Origin: Phyllobates terribilis
Lineage: Eukaryota
Direction: 5' to 3'
Length of the DNA stretch: 64,000 bases
Assembly (NCBI RefSeq): GCF_046119375.1
Contig: NW_027362767.1
Span: 415,214,001 to 415,278,000, forward strand
Below the pieces are notes generated by a model. It did no database searches, was not told the origin of the DNA, and saw only the letters and a program-made list of their open reading frames with translations. The translations under genes and the position numbers were made by a program. How positions within the stretch are numbered: position 1 is the stretch's first letter; each line of letters begins with the position of its first letter. This document shows, piece by piece, positions 1-13,571 of the stretch.

Positions 1-574
1 CATACTTCTGCCCCATTAACCTCTAGCGTTGGGCGATTGCCGCCATATTGTGGACAGAATCTGAATGGTGAATTTTTAAGTCATATGGCGTAAATGATTT
101 CCTTAAGTTTTCTGTAATTTTCCATACTTGCCAACCCAGCCGTAAAAAGGAGAGGCCTACCAAGAAAATCTTGGCAAATCTCACAGATCTTAAGCCCTGG
201 CGCCTTGGGGAGGCGGGGACAGAGGTAGAGTGGGCGGAGACTGGGTGTGGCTTGGCTACAAAAGCGCTAACCTGCACCACAACACTCCGCCTCCACCAGA
301 TGCCCACTTGTGAAAGTTGTCGGGATAAGCCTACGTTCACCTTCATCTTCTGTATTACAGCTACAATAAATCTGCACTCTTAGACAAGATTGTATCCCCG
401 AGCTGCATTCATAAAGAAATTCCCCAGAATTACCTACAGGTTCAGTGTCATCTGTACAGAGCTTCAAAGTTTAGTCTTTAAAATGAGCTCTGTACAGAGA
501 AAACTGTCCCCTGAATTACAGGAGCTCAGCTGTTAGCAACCTGGCTGACTGACGCACTCTTGACTGTTTTCAGT

Positions 575-890
575 AACAACCAGCAGAATAGTGAGTGCAG
601 CTCTGGAGTATAATACAGGATGTAACTCAGGATCAGTAATGTAATGTATGTACACAGTGACTGCACCAGCAGAATAGTGAGTGCAGCTCTGGAGTATAAT
701 ACAGGATGTAACTCAGGATCAGTAATGTAATGTATGTACACAGTGACTGCACGAGCAGAATAGTGAGTGCAGCTCTGGGGTATAATACAGGATGTAACTC
801 AGGATCAGTACAGGATCAGTAATGTAATGTATGTACACAGTGACTGCACCAGCAGAATAGTGAGTGCAGCTCTGGAGTATAATACAGGAT
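575..890. repeat. About 100-bp tandem satellite (about 3 units), anuran type
   Basis: Repeating unit gcagaatagtgagtgcagctctggagtataatacaggatgtaactcaggatcagtaatgtaatgtatgtacacagtgactgcacca. The same family occurs inverted at 38350-38660. Confidence 0.85.
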
Positions 891-1480
891 GTTTTGCGAA
901 GGGTCGAGGTGTCTCTTCTTGCTGTGGCCGGGGTTGGATTATCAGTACAGTAATACACAGTGGTGTAGACACAGGGGGTGTTTGCATGTTTCCCCAATAC
1001 TACTCATAAGCAATCGCAAGCTTGCAGACGGCAATAAACTACTTTGGCTCTTGCTGCTGTACTGTGGTAGTAGTCCGGGCGTAAGACTGGCTCTTCCTAA
1101 CCTTTGGTAAAGGGCGGCCATCCTTGTGCCTTACAAAAAAAACTGCACAGTGCACTTTTTTTTGCCGAATTTGAAAAAAATAGAAAAATTTAGTTTTTGC
1201 GAAGTAACTCAGCAAAGTACAGCAGGAGCTTAGGTGGGGCTGGTAAGTGGTGCACCCTGGGTGCTAGGAGTCAGGGGGTCACCAGCTGATTGGGCACAGC
1301 ACTGCCAAGGAAGGTGCCCTAAATCTTAAACAGAACTAGTGAGGAAACTTTGGCCATTACTGATCAATTATGAATCCGGTTGAGTGGACAGGACATAATA
1401 GAGTACAGAAGAGAACTAGGGCATGTCTACTCAGCCGTGAGGTTGGAATCTGTCTGACCTACTGTACGTCTCTTCATCAG

Positions 1481-4400
1481 ATACCCAAAGTTGGCTGCCA
1501 AAAACCCAGAATCCAACACCGCTGGACTTGATGTTTTTGCCAAATTCTCCGCCTACATCAAGAATCCCAACCCGAGTCAGAACCAAAGTAAGTGCAAAAT
1601 GCCGGAAGACCCGGGCGCTGGTAACCTGCACCCAAAAGCCTGTAATACAGGGGCGAATCCTAAATGGAGGGTGCACATACCATGGCGGCAGCTCCATCCC
1701 CGGAGAGGGGGCAATGGGGTTCGGCTGGATGCATTCCGTCTCCATACATCCTGCAGTGGTGGGACTAAACCACATTACCATGAAATTAGGCATATGAACC
1801 TTTTTTTCATTTTTTTTCTTTTTAATAACTGTATTGTCCTTTTTTTAATTGCAGGAATAATAAGTAAAATTATATTTTTTTCTATGTTCTTATAGTTTGA
1901 ATCAAGTGGAAAAAAAATAACAAAAATGACTGGTGGGAGTTTATTTTTACTATTCTGGATTTTCTTTTTTCTTAAATATTTTATTATGCTGCTATTTTAT
2001 ATTTACTTTTGCATATTTTCCTTATATATTTTATTATGCTTGTATATCTTATTTTATTTAATTATATATTTGTGTGTGTAATACACACTGCTCAAAAAAA
2101 TAAAGGGAACACTTAAACAACCGAATATAACTCCAAGTAAATCAAACTTCTGTGAAATCAAACTGTCCACTTAGGAAGCAACACTGATTGACAATCAATT
2201 TCACATGCTGTTGTGCAAATGGAATAGACAATAGATGGAAATTATTGGCAATTATCAATACACATTCAATAAAGGAGTGGTTCTGCAGGTGGGGACCACA
2301 GACCACATCTCAGTACCAATGCTTTCTGGCTGATGTTTTGGTCTCTTTTGAATGTTGGTTGTGCTTTCACACTCGTGGTAGCATGAGACGGACTCTACAA
2401 CCCACAGAAGTTGTTCAGGTAGTGCAGCTCATCCAGGATGCCACATCAATGCGAGCTGTGGCAAGAAGGTTTGCTGTGTCTGTCAGCGTAGTGTCCAGAG
2501 GCTGGAGGCACTACCAGGAGACAGGCCAGTACACCAGGAGACGTGGAGGGGGCTGTAGGAGGGCAACAAACCAGCAGCAGGACCACTACCTCCGCCTTTG
2601 TGCAAGGAGGAACATGAGGAGCACTGGCGCCCTGTGCTCTTCAAAGATGAAAGCAGGTTCACACTGAGCACATGTGACAGAGTATGGAGACGCCGTGGAG
2701 AGCGATCTGCTGCCTGCAACATTCTTCAGCATGACCGGTTTGGCAGTGGGTCAGTAATGGTGTGGGGTGGCATTTCTTTGGAGGGCCACCCAGCCCTCCA
2801 TGCGCTCGCCAGAGGTAGCCTTACTGCCATTAGGCACCGAGATGAGATCCTCAGACCCCTTGTGAGACCATATGCTGGTGCGGTTGGCCCCGGGTTCCTC
2901 CTAATGCAGGACAATGCCAGACCTCATGTGGCTGGAGTGTGTCAGCAGTTCCTGCAAGATGAAGGTATTGAAGCTATGAACTGGCCGCCCGTTCCCCAGA
3001 CCTGAATCCGACTGAGCACATCTGGGACATCATGTCTCGCTCCATCCACCAACGTCACGTTGCACCACAGGCTGTTTGCATAATATATATAATATACAGG
3101 GTGGTCCAAAAGTAGGTGGACAGAAAATAATAACATTTATTTTGATTTATATATAAAATTATATTTACTAACACAAGCATAACATTGACAATTACATTTT
3201 ATTCTGAACAATAATACAAAAGCCCTTAAATTTTATCAACGCAGGTGCTCAAACTGTTTTCAATTACAATTTGCACAGCTTTGAAGTCGCCTCTTACGCT
3301 TTGACAAACTTTTTTGCACAAGTCTCTTTGGGTATTAATTTCTTGAATTTCTTGAAATGCATCTCTTATGTAATTTTTCAAATCACTGACCCTTTTTGGT
3401 TTTCGACTATAAACTTTGTCCTTGAGTACTCCCCAAAAGAAAAAATCCATTGGGGTCAAGTCTGGTGAACGTGCCGGCCAATCAAGTGGGCCTCTTCAGC
3501 CAATCCATTTATTAGGAAATGTTTCATCAAGATACTCGCGGGCTACTCTTGAATAATGTGGAGGGGCTCCATCTTGTTGGAAATAAAGGTCATTTGAATT
3601 AGGCTGTTACTGTAACTGGAGAACAACTTGATTCATTAGAATTTCGAGATACTTATCTCCTGTGACTGTTCCATAACCTTCATAACCTTATTACACTTTC
3701 TGTCCACCTACTTTTGGACCACCCTGTATATAAAAAAATAAAGGGAACACTGAAATAACACATCCTAGATCTGAATGAATGAAATATTCTCATTGAATAC
3801 TTTGTTCTGTACAAAGTTGAATGTGCTGACGACAAAATCACACAAAAATCATCAATGGAAATCACATTTATTAACCAATGGAGGCCTGGATTTGGAGTCA
3901 CCCCCAACATTAAAGTGGAAAAACACACTACAGGCTGATCCAAGTTTGATGTAATGTCCTTAAAACAAGTCAAAATGAGGCTCAGTATTGTGTGTGGCCT
4001 CCACGTGCTTGTATGACCTCCCTACAACGCCTGGCCATGCTCCTGATGAGGTTGCGGATGGTCTCCTGTGGGATCTCCTCCCAGACCTGGACTAAAGCAT
4101 CCGCCAACTCCTGGACAGTCTGTGGTGCAACGTGATGTTGGTGGATGGAGCGAGACATGATGTCCCAGATGTGGTCAATCGGATTCAGGTCTGGGGAATG
4201 GGCGGGCCAGTCCATCGCTTCAATGCCTTCATCTTGCAGGAACTGCTGACACACTCCAGCCACATGAGGTCTGGCATTGTCCTGTATTAGGAGGAACCCA
4301 GGGCCAACCGCACCAGCATATGGTCTCACAAGGGGTCTGAGGATCTCATCTCGGTACCTAATGACAGTCAGGCTTCCTCTGGCGAGCACATGGAGGGCTG

Positions 4401-7400
4401 TGCGGCCCTCCAAAGAAATGCCACCCCACACCATTACTGACCCACTGCCAAACCGGTCATGCTGAAGGATGTTGCAGGCAGCAGATCGCTCTCCACGGCG
4501 TCTCCATACTCTGTCACATGTGCTCAGTGTGAACCTGCTTTCATCTGTGAAGAGCACAGGGCGCCAGTGCTCCTCATGTTCCTCCTTGCACAAAGACGGA
4601 GGTAGTGGTCCTGCTGCTGGGTTGTTGCCCTCCTACGGCCCCCTCCACGTCTCCTGGTGTATTGACCTGTCTCCTGGTAGTGCCTCCAGCCTCTGGACAC
4701 TACGCTGACAGACAAAGCAAACCTTCTTGCCACAGCTCACACTGATGTGCCATCCTGGATGACCTGCACTACCTGAACAACTTCTGTGGGTTGTAGAGTC
4801 TGTCTCATGTTACCACGAGTGTGAAGGCACAACCAACATTCAAAAGTGACCAAAACATCAGCCAGAAAGCATTGGTACTGAGATGTGGTCTGTGGTCCCC
4901 ACCTGCAGAATCACTCCTTTATTGAGGGTGTCTATATAATTGCCAATAATTTCCATCTATTGTCTATTCCATTTGCACAACAGCATGTGAAATTGATTGT
5001 CAATCAGTGTTGCTTCCTAAGTGGACAGTTTGATTTCACAGAAGTTTGATTTACTTGGAGTTATATTCTGTTTAAGTGTTCCTTTTATTTTTTGAGCAGT
5101 GTGTGTGTGTGTGTGTGTGTGTGTGCAATTTACAGCATACTTATAAACATTAATACAAATATTTAAGAAGAAAAAATCCAGAATAATAAAAATAAACTCC
5201 CAACAGTCAGTCATTCTTTATTTTTAGTATTTTTTTTTCCCACCTGATCTTAATATATACTTACCTTGTAATGTCTTCACATCTGGTTCCGTCCAGATGT
5301 GTCCGGATCCCAGAATTCCAAGCGGCAGAAGTTCGTTAACTGCCATATTGGAAACTTCTGGTGGTATCAGCCTCTTGCGCGGTACCACCAGCGGAACACC
5401 GTCGCGAACACGCCGCCGTCGGGAACAGCCGAATGATTCACTGACCGCCGCCATCTTTGTACAGGAGGAGCGCATGTGCAGTTTTAATGTGACGCCTCTA
5501 TCTGCCTGCAAAAAGATGGCGGCGGTTTGATTTACTGCGCCTGTGCGTATTCCGTGCAGGCGCAGTGAATCATTCGGCTCATCCCGGCGGCAGATGCGCG
5601 ACTTGTCTACAGGCAGAGGAAGCCGGGCACATTAACTGCTCATGCGCGAAAACGCGGAGTGCATGCGCAGTTAATTTTTGAACTGCGTCACACAACGCCA
5701 GTGTTTGACAGATGCAGTGACACACCGGCAGCCTCAGTCGGTGAACATAAGAATCAAATACATCAGTAAAAATTAGAATGAAATGAATAGGTGAAAATTA
5801 TAAATAAAAGAAGAAAAAAATAAACAGCGTGTGACGGACCTAAAAAAAAACATGTTACAGTGTGTCACGGACCTAAAAAGCACCTTTGTCATAAATTTTT
5901 CCATGTTAATAAAATGTTACCTTTACTTACTTTGCTTTCATTTTAATACTGGGGGAGGGGTGAGTGCACATAGGAAAGAGGACACACAGGGGGGAGACAG
6001 CTCAAACGAGAGACCACATGAGGGGAGAAGACAGCACAAGGGTGGAGAGAGAGAGCAGACAAGGGGGAGAGCACATGGGGCACACAGGTCAAAGAGAGCA
6101 CAGACAGGAGAAGACAGCAGATGGGGGAGACAGACAGAGCACAGTGGGGAAGAGAGACAGCACAGGGGGGAGACAGCTCAAACGGGACAGCACATGAGGG
6201 GAGAACACAGCACAGGAAGGAGAGAGACAACAGACAAGGGGGAGAGCACATGGGGTAGACAGGTCAAAGAAGAGATCACATGAGAGGAGAAGACAGCAGA
6301 TAGGGGAGAGAGAGAGTGGATAGGTGGGTGAGCACATGGGGGGGAGAGATTCTCAGCGCTGCAAAGCCTGCCCCCATCGTGACTTTACCGCCTCCATCTT
6401 GTTCAAAATATAAGAACCTGGAAAAAAATGTCTTTACTTCTTCTTGCAATTAAAGGACAATACAGCTATAAAGATATTAAAGGTTCATAAGACTAAAAGA
6501 GTTAAAACTTCATTTTAAGGCTGTATTTAAAAGGTCTATATACTTTACTGATCAATTGTATGTATTACCCCTGTGTTCGCAAGCACAAGAAAAAATATAT
6601 GTATGTGTGTATACATGCCTGCATACATACAAACATCTACAGCGCGGTAGAGTCCTGTTCCCGTCTTGTCCGGCGGCTGCCTGGCTGCTTCCCCATCCCT
6701 TATGCAGCCATGTTAGAGATGAGATCCATCATTCATGGTCTCCTTATATAGACAGGAGAGTATTTTTCCTATGGCGCCACCTCTCCTTCTATGGCCTGAT
6801 GCAGTAGTAGTCCTCAGCAGTCCGGGAAGGGGAAAGCTTCGCTTTTTGGCTTGTCGTCTGGAGGCCCCGTCGCTATCAGTCACAGCCACAGCTTCCTCCC
6901 TCCGCCAGCACTTGCTGACTGCACATGATTTCCGCGGTTTGGGTTGTACATGAGGTCATATCTCGCTCCAGGGAGTTTCCTCAGTTGCAGAAGCATCAAG
7001 AAGAGACACAAGGCTTTGGCCTGCAAGTCTTGATGAAAAATCAGCAGAGCTGCAGTGTAAAGCATGAGGGACAGAGCAGCAACCTGAGCTTTAGATGAGA
7101 AAGGAGACTTCTTCAGACTAGTTACTGACTGTATAGTGTCCTAGGTGTCAGTAAGTGACTGACTTTGCTGTATACTCTCGGCTCCTTCCGTATGTCGGCA
7201 CTTATCTGTATACTGTCCTGGTGTAACCCGGCTCTTCTGTTCCCCCAGCTCTGGAGAAAGGCCTCCTGAAGGCTCTGCAGATTCTGGACTCCTACCTGAA
7301 CACTCCCCTCCCGGAAGAAATCGATGAGAACTGCGCCGAGGACGAGACCGTGTCTCGCCGCAAGTTTCTGGATGGAGACGAGCTGACGCTAGCAGACTGC

Positions 7401-8476
7401 AACCTCCTCCCTAAGCTGCACATAGTACAGGTGAGAGGCGCCCAGAGGCTTCCAGGATGTTCTGTGATATGGACCCGGGGAAGCAGAGCTGCAGGATAAA
7501 GCATGGTGGCGCGGGAGGGCAGCGGTATTCAGAATAGAGAGGTGGTGCGTCTCAGATTCCCTTTTTTAGCTTAGACTACCAGATAGCTAAAGTACAGTCA
7601 GTGAAGAATAGAGCTGAAAGCCGACAAAAATGGTAAGAATAAAAACATCTGTGAGCACTGACTAAAATATGATGCGGCTCCTGCAACCCTCATTGTGTGC
7701 AGTATTGGAGATAAAAAAAAAAAAAATGCAGCTCCATCCCCCTCCTCCCTTTTTTGCCAGTTGATATGAAATATGTCTTTCTAATCCCTCAAATGGCACC
7801 TCTCGCCCCCTCCCTGCCTGCTGGGTCCCTGAAATGGCACCTCTCGCCCCCTCCCTGCCCGCTGGGTCCCTGAAATGGCACCTCTCGCCCGCTCCCTGCC
7901 TGCTTGGGCCCCTGACATGGCGCCTGTCGCCCGCTCCCTGCCTGCTGGGCCCTGACATGGCGCCTCTCGCCCCCTCCCTGTGTGCGGGTCCCTGAAATGG
8001 CGCCTCTCGCCCCCTCCCTGTGTGCGGCTCACTGACATGGCGCCTCTCGCCTGCTCCCTCGCTCCCTGCCTGCTGGACCCCTGACATGGCGCCTCTCGCC
8101 CGCTCCCTGCCTGCGGCGTCCCTGACATGGCATCTCTCACCCACTCCCTGCCTGCGGCGTCCCTGACATGGCACCTCTCGCCCTCTCCCTGCCTGCTGGG
8201 TCTCTGACATGGCACCTCTCGCCCGCTCCCTGTCTGCGTGTCCCTGACATGGCACCTCTCGCCCGCTCCCTGCGGCTCCCAGAAATCTCACGTCTCGCCC
8301 CTCTTTTTCTGCAGGTGGTCTGTGAGAAGTATCGAGGCTTTAAGGTCCCAGAAGAGTTCAGTGGAATCCATCGCTACCTGACAAATGCCTACAAGCGGGA
8401 AGAATTTGTTAGCACGTGCCCGGCCAAAGTTGAAATTGAACTTGCATATGCCCAGGTGGCTAGACCCCTCAAGTAA
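1481..8476 (+). CDS. clic1: Chloride intracellular channel 1, last three coding exons (5' exons lie outside the window)
   Basis: Exons 1481-1587 ([35 protein letters not shown]), 7249-7430 ([60 protein letters not shown]) and 8315-8476 ([53 protein letters not shown]). All junctions are AG/GT with phases 2-1-0. AATAAA at 8607-8612. The sequence matches CLIC1 and the gene is syntenic with ddah2. Confidence 0.93.
2086..3070 (+). mobile_element. Tc1-like DNA transposon, internally deleted and 3'-truncated
   Basis: TIR cactgctcaaaaaaataaagggaacact at 2086. Transposase fragments [27 protein letters not shown] and MQDNARPH. Confidence 0.9.
3097..3726 (-). mobile_element. DD41D (rosa/Visitor-type) Tc1/mariner deletion derivative
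   Basis: About 30-bp perfect TIRs (cagggtggtccaaaagtaggtggacagaaa) flanked by TA. The minus strand encodes [50 protein letters not shown], with 41 residues between the second and third catalytic Asp. Confidence 0.85.
3733..5101 (-). mobile_element. Tc1-like DNA transposon (DD34E), same deletion derivative as 2086-3070, inverted
   Basis: ORF 3982-4593 contains [16 protein letters not shown] and SPDLNPID. TIRs at both ends. Shares the same internal deletion junction ([13 protein letters not shown]) as the + copy. Confidence 0.9.
5950..6345. repeat. GA-rich degenerate minisatellite in a clic1 intron
   Basis: Repeated gagagacagcacaggggggagacag / gagcacatgggg motifs. Confidence 0.7.
7790..8280. 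repeat. GC-rich 35-40-bp minisatellite in the last clic1 intron
   Basis: About 12 units of ccctgacatggcgcctctcgcccgctccctgcctgctggg, ending just upstream of the 8315 acceptor. Confidence 0.85.
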
Positions 8477-11141
8477 CAAGACCGCTCTTCAAGAGAAAGA
8501 GGAACTCCTCCTATTTAAACTCCTTGTCATAAAAAGAAAATACAAAAAATAGCTTATGTTCCTTTAAGGAGGACAGAGCATTGATTGGCCTGTCCGACCG
8601 CCACTTAATAAATCTAAGCACCTCCTCATCTAACTGGAGGCACTATTAAAATAGGTCAGGACCAGTGTAGTTCCTATAGTCTGCCTCTAGGTGGCAGTGT
8701 ATAGGGTAAATTGCTTGTGCCTCTTATACCATGTAGAGAAAGGAGATGTTTCTGCTGTGCCTTAAAGAAGACCTGTCACCAAGTCTAAAGTGGGCAGATT
8801 TTGCTTCCTTTTTATTTACGCTGCTCCCCTGAGTATTACGGTTTGTTTTTTTTTGTATGGACCTTTTTCTAGTACTAATGACTCACAGGATCCTTGGAGG
8901 CGTACCCTAAATGAGCCACGCCTCCTTAGTAAAGATCAATGAAAAGTATCACCAGATAAGATGCCCATAATTCTGGAACTGTATAGCGGATTTAAAAAAA
9001 TAAGTAAAAATGGACTAATCAGGAGAGCCAGAGGGAATAAAACAAGAGCAAAATCTGCTCACTTTTGGCCAAGTGACAGGTCCTCTCTTTACAGCTAATT
9101 TTTCTTTCTTTTTTTTTCTTTTTTTTTTTTACAGTTTGTGGTCCAACAATATTATGTATGATGGTTTTTTTTTCTAATCGATGCCAATGTTCCACTAGAT
9201 GGGCTGAGACAATCAAAATATACAATTCTTGCTACCTCTTCCTGGAAGAGCTTTCCATAATGTACAGCAGTCCATATAGGCAAAAAAAAAAAACTTTATA
9301 AGGACTATTGGATTATATACGGAGGTCGGTCACATCCACCACAAGTGCCTGATTTATACCCTCCGGCTGTAAATATGATGAGGACGAGGGACCAGTATTA
9401 CATAGGGGACCCCAAATGTATATTTACTGATATAAAATTTCCCCCCCCCTTTTTTTTTTTTTTTTAAATACCTGCTTAAAAGGGTTGTCCCATAAACAGA
9501 TATGTATGATCTTTGTGGGTCTGGCTGCTGAGGATCCCGTCCACCCCCAAGGAGCCCAAAGTCCATTTTGTGAATGGAGCTTGTGAGCATGTGTGACCAC
9601 CACTCCGATTAGTTGCACATACCCACTTTGGCTCCATTCACACAATGGATTTTGTGACCCCACCCCCTCAATCCGTGTGTTCGTTAGGGGATCCCAGAAA
9701 TTTGAGCCCAAGGAGTGACTTTTTACCCATCTGTAGAAAAGATGATAAATATATGATCTTTATGGGTCAACTCCATTAAATAGAGGGTGTGTGGGACATT
9801 TAAAGCCACTCGTCTATCAATCGGAGCAAAGGCAAATTCCAGAAGTGTGGAGGAGTTGACATGTCTAGTGACTGCCCATTGATTTTAATAGGAATGGTGT
9901 AATACTTCATTTCTCCTGCGGTAGTGCTGTAGGTAAATGGAACACTTACTGCCAGGTTCCAGCAGCGATCACCGGTGATCACTGGTGGTGCCGGCAGTGG
10001 AAAGCTCTGTGATTAGCTTATCAGAGGAACCTTGTAACAAAAAGTTATTTATCCGAAATGGAGGACTACCTTTTAGATGACGGGACCCTTGAATATAACG
10101 GGTCTGTGAGGAGTATATTTCTTACGATATTAAGAATTCCATGTAGTTCTGTAATCGCATATCTGAATCCAGAAGGGTTTGATGATAGGTGGAGGACCTC
10201 TTTTTCCAGTTCACCGCACTTCCACTTATGTCCCTATGTGACTTCACAGGGGCCCTCAAGGATCTAGGCACAAAACCTGCCATTTATAGACTTTTTTTTT
10301 GTTGTATATTTCTAATGTTAAGATGCCTTTTTGTTATTTGATTAACACACATGACCCCCTTACCTACCCCTCTAATAGCAGACGCTGACCTTTTTAGTTT
10401 TGATCAGCAGATGACAATGTCGCCCCCCTAGAGTCTAACTTTTTTGTTTATTGCAATAGTTTGGCTAGGACTCATTCTAACTTTATAAACCCAAAATAGA
10501 AGTTGTATATTTAATATTATTACAAAAAAAACAGCCTGAATATTCACATTTATATTAAAAACCAAACCTGAAAACCTTATCTTGGAGTGGTCTCTATGTC
10601 TGTTAGGAACAAAAAACAAACCCTTGTCTACTTTCTATACAAAGGCCAGAGAGGTAATGGTGGTTGAGTTAGATTAGAGGGGAAACATTTTTTTTTTCTC
10701 CAATACAGCGCCACTCTTGTCTACAGGCTTAGTCTGGTATTGCAGCTTGGATTGATTTACTTTAATATGATACTAGATAATATGATAATACTAGACAGGA
10801 GTGGTAGTCATCTGTTTTTTTGCTGTCCTGTAATTTCTATGGCCCCATAGACTTACACGGATGATTTTTCATTCATCACTTGGATTAAAAAATGTGGTGT
10901 TTTTTTTGTTTGTTTTTTTACTGTACAGTTTTTAAAAAAAAAAAAATAGACGTGAGCATCTGCATAAACTATCATGGGTCCGTGCTATGACCGTAAAAAA
11001 AAAAGTGAACGTCTGAATGAGGCCTACAGCAGAAAAGAGTCTCAGCAATATCCACTTCACCATACAGCTGGAGGATTTTATGGGAATGGAGGGAGGGGGT
11101 GAAGACTTATGCAAAGCACAACAAAAGTCATAGACAACATA

Positions 11142-12724
11142 CCGTTGCTTGTGAAAGTATTCCTCCCCTTGGCATTTTTTGTGTTTTGCTGCCTCACAAC
11201 CTGAAGTTTCACTATTTTTTTTTTTTTATTATTTTATTTAAAAAATTTTTTTGAGGGTTTGCATCACTTCATGTAAAAAAACATGCCTACAACTGTGGAG
11301 ATTTGGTTTTCTTTTTATTTTGAACAGCAATCTTTAAGTCTGACCACAGATTCTCTGTTGGATTAAGATCTGGGCTGTGACTAGACCACACCAAAACATT
11401 TACACGTTTCCCCAAAAATTACTCGAGTGTTGCTTTAGCAGTATTCTTCGGGTCATTGTCTTGTTGGAAGGAGAAACCTCCATCACAGTCTCAAATCACT
11501 GACAGACTGAAAAAGGTTTGCTCAAGAATATCCCTGTGTTTAGCACCATCCATCTTCCCCTCAACTTGGACCATTTTCCCTCTCTGCTGCCGAAAAACAT
11601 CCCCACAGCATGATGATGCTGCCACCACCATGTTTCACTGTGTGGATGGTGTTATGAGCTATGTTAGTTTGGCGCCAGACATACCTTTTACCTTCGTGGT
11701 GAAAAAGTTCAATTTTGGTCACATCTGACCACAGCACCTTCCTCCATACATTTGAGGAGTCTCCCACATATTTTTTGGAAAACTCAAAACAAGCCTTACA
11801 ATTTTTTTTGTGTAAGTAAAGGCTTTTTCCTGCCCACTCTTCCATAAAGGCCACCTCTATGTACGGCTTATTGTGGTCGTATGGACAGATACTCCAGTCT
11901 GTGCTTGGGGACTCTGCAGCTCCATCATCGTTACCTTTTTGGTCTCTGTGCTGCCTCTCTGATTAATGCCCTCCTTGCCCGGCTGAGAGTTTTGGTGGGC
12001 GCCCTCTTTTGGCTGGTTTGTTGTGGTACCATGTTCTTTCCATTTGATAATAAGGGATTTGATGGTGCTCCGGGGATCATCACAGATTGGGATATTTTTT
12101 TATAACCCAGCCCTGACTTGTGCTTCTCCACAACGTTGTCCCTGACTTGTTTGGAGATCTTCTTGGTCTTCATGGTGTTTGGAGATCTCCTTGGTCTTCA
12201 TGGTGTTTTGGAGATCTCCTTGGTCTTCGTGCTGTTTGGAGATCTCCTTGGTCTTCGTGGTGTTTGGAGATCTCCTTGGTCTTCGTGGTGTTTGCAGATC
12301 TCCTTGGTCTTCGTGGTGTTTGGAGATCTCCTTGGTCTTCGTGGTGTTGCAGCCTCCGTGTCCTTTCAGAAAAAGTAAAGTGTATATACTGACAGACATG
12401 TGACACTTAGATTACACACAGGGGAACGTCCTGTCACTAAACGTGTGACTTACGAAGGGAATTTCTGGCACCAGAATTTTCTAGAGGCTTCAAGGCAAAA
12501 GGGGTGAATACATAAGCACATCACGATTATTATTATTTTTTTTTTATTATTATTTGAGCCCATAAGTTTAATTTATCCCTATATTTTTCTCACTTCACCA
12601 ACTTAAACTATTTAGTGCTGATGCATCACACACAAATCAGATCACAAAAATATTTAACCACAGGTTGTAATGTAACAAAATAGGTAAAAAGCCAAGGGGG
12701 TGTGAATACTTTTGCATGTCCCTG
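11142..12724 (-). mobile_element. Degenerate Tc1-like transposon
   Basis: Imperfect TIRs (aaagtattc...ccccttggc) flanked by TA. Transposase fragments MKTKKISKQVRDNVVEKHKSGLGYKKIS and KVLWSDVTKIELF...TVKHGGGSI. Confidence 0.85.
12153..12349. repeat. 28-bp tandem repeat (7 units) covering the Tc1 transposase start codon
   Basis: Unit ggagatctccttggtcttcgtggtgttt, i.e. the reverse complement of aaacacca(t/c)gaagaccaaggagatctcc. Confidence 0.9.
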
Positions 12725-13571
12725 TAAGTAAATGCTAGTATTCAGTGATCCTGGGAGACTTCACCTATAATTGGGTTGTGAACTTGTTGGATCTCAAGAA
12801 ATGGGAGCATGTCTAGCCAAAGGATGCGAGATGATAATAGGGCGATTATGGCTTTTGGGTGGCGTTACTCTCCGGCACGGGAGGCTTTGAGGTTCTCCAT
12901 CTCCATCTAGCAGAACCCTGTGAACATGTCGCTGTGCGCTCCGTATACCGGAGATACAGTCTAGTGAGGTGTGTATACAAATTATACCAACATGCATATA
13001 TGTACAAATATACTGTATGTTTGTGTAATATATAATATAATATATATATTTTTATACACTTGCTGCAATATACAAAATTACACAGCTGTAGCAGAGTTGA
13101 GTTTGTCGTGTAATGCTGTTATTGCATAGATAGTCTTTTCTTTGCCTAGGCATCTCCTTGCACCCCCCCCCCGGGGCACTTACAGGGATCACATTTCATA
13201 ATGCAGGCGGCAGAACTGCTTATTGTGACATTGTCCTAGCAGCTACTGGCTGCTGCCACTAGGAGGAGCTCTTTCCATATACCTCATAGCTGTATACATC
13301 CATTTGCAGACAGCTCCCTCTAGTGGCGGTTGGTGGTCGTTTTAAAAAAAAAATAATAATAATTAACCAGAACGTTAGCTCATTAAATAAAAACAATGCT
13401 CAAATTTAAGAGGACTTTTTCTGGAGTAACCTCCTGTTTATTGATCGTCAGCATACTTGTCACATTTTCTATTCCTAATGACTTCTTATTCTCTGTATGG
13501 AGCAGTAATTATATAAATATATTGGGTATATAATAGAATAGTGGGTGCAGGTCAGTGCTCGGACCCTCACG

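Noticed and set aside
7662-8291. 209-aa minus-strand ORF and the N-terminal part of ORF 8168-8476
   Set aside because: Intronic minisatellite. Only 8315-8476 is a true clic1 exon.
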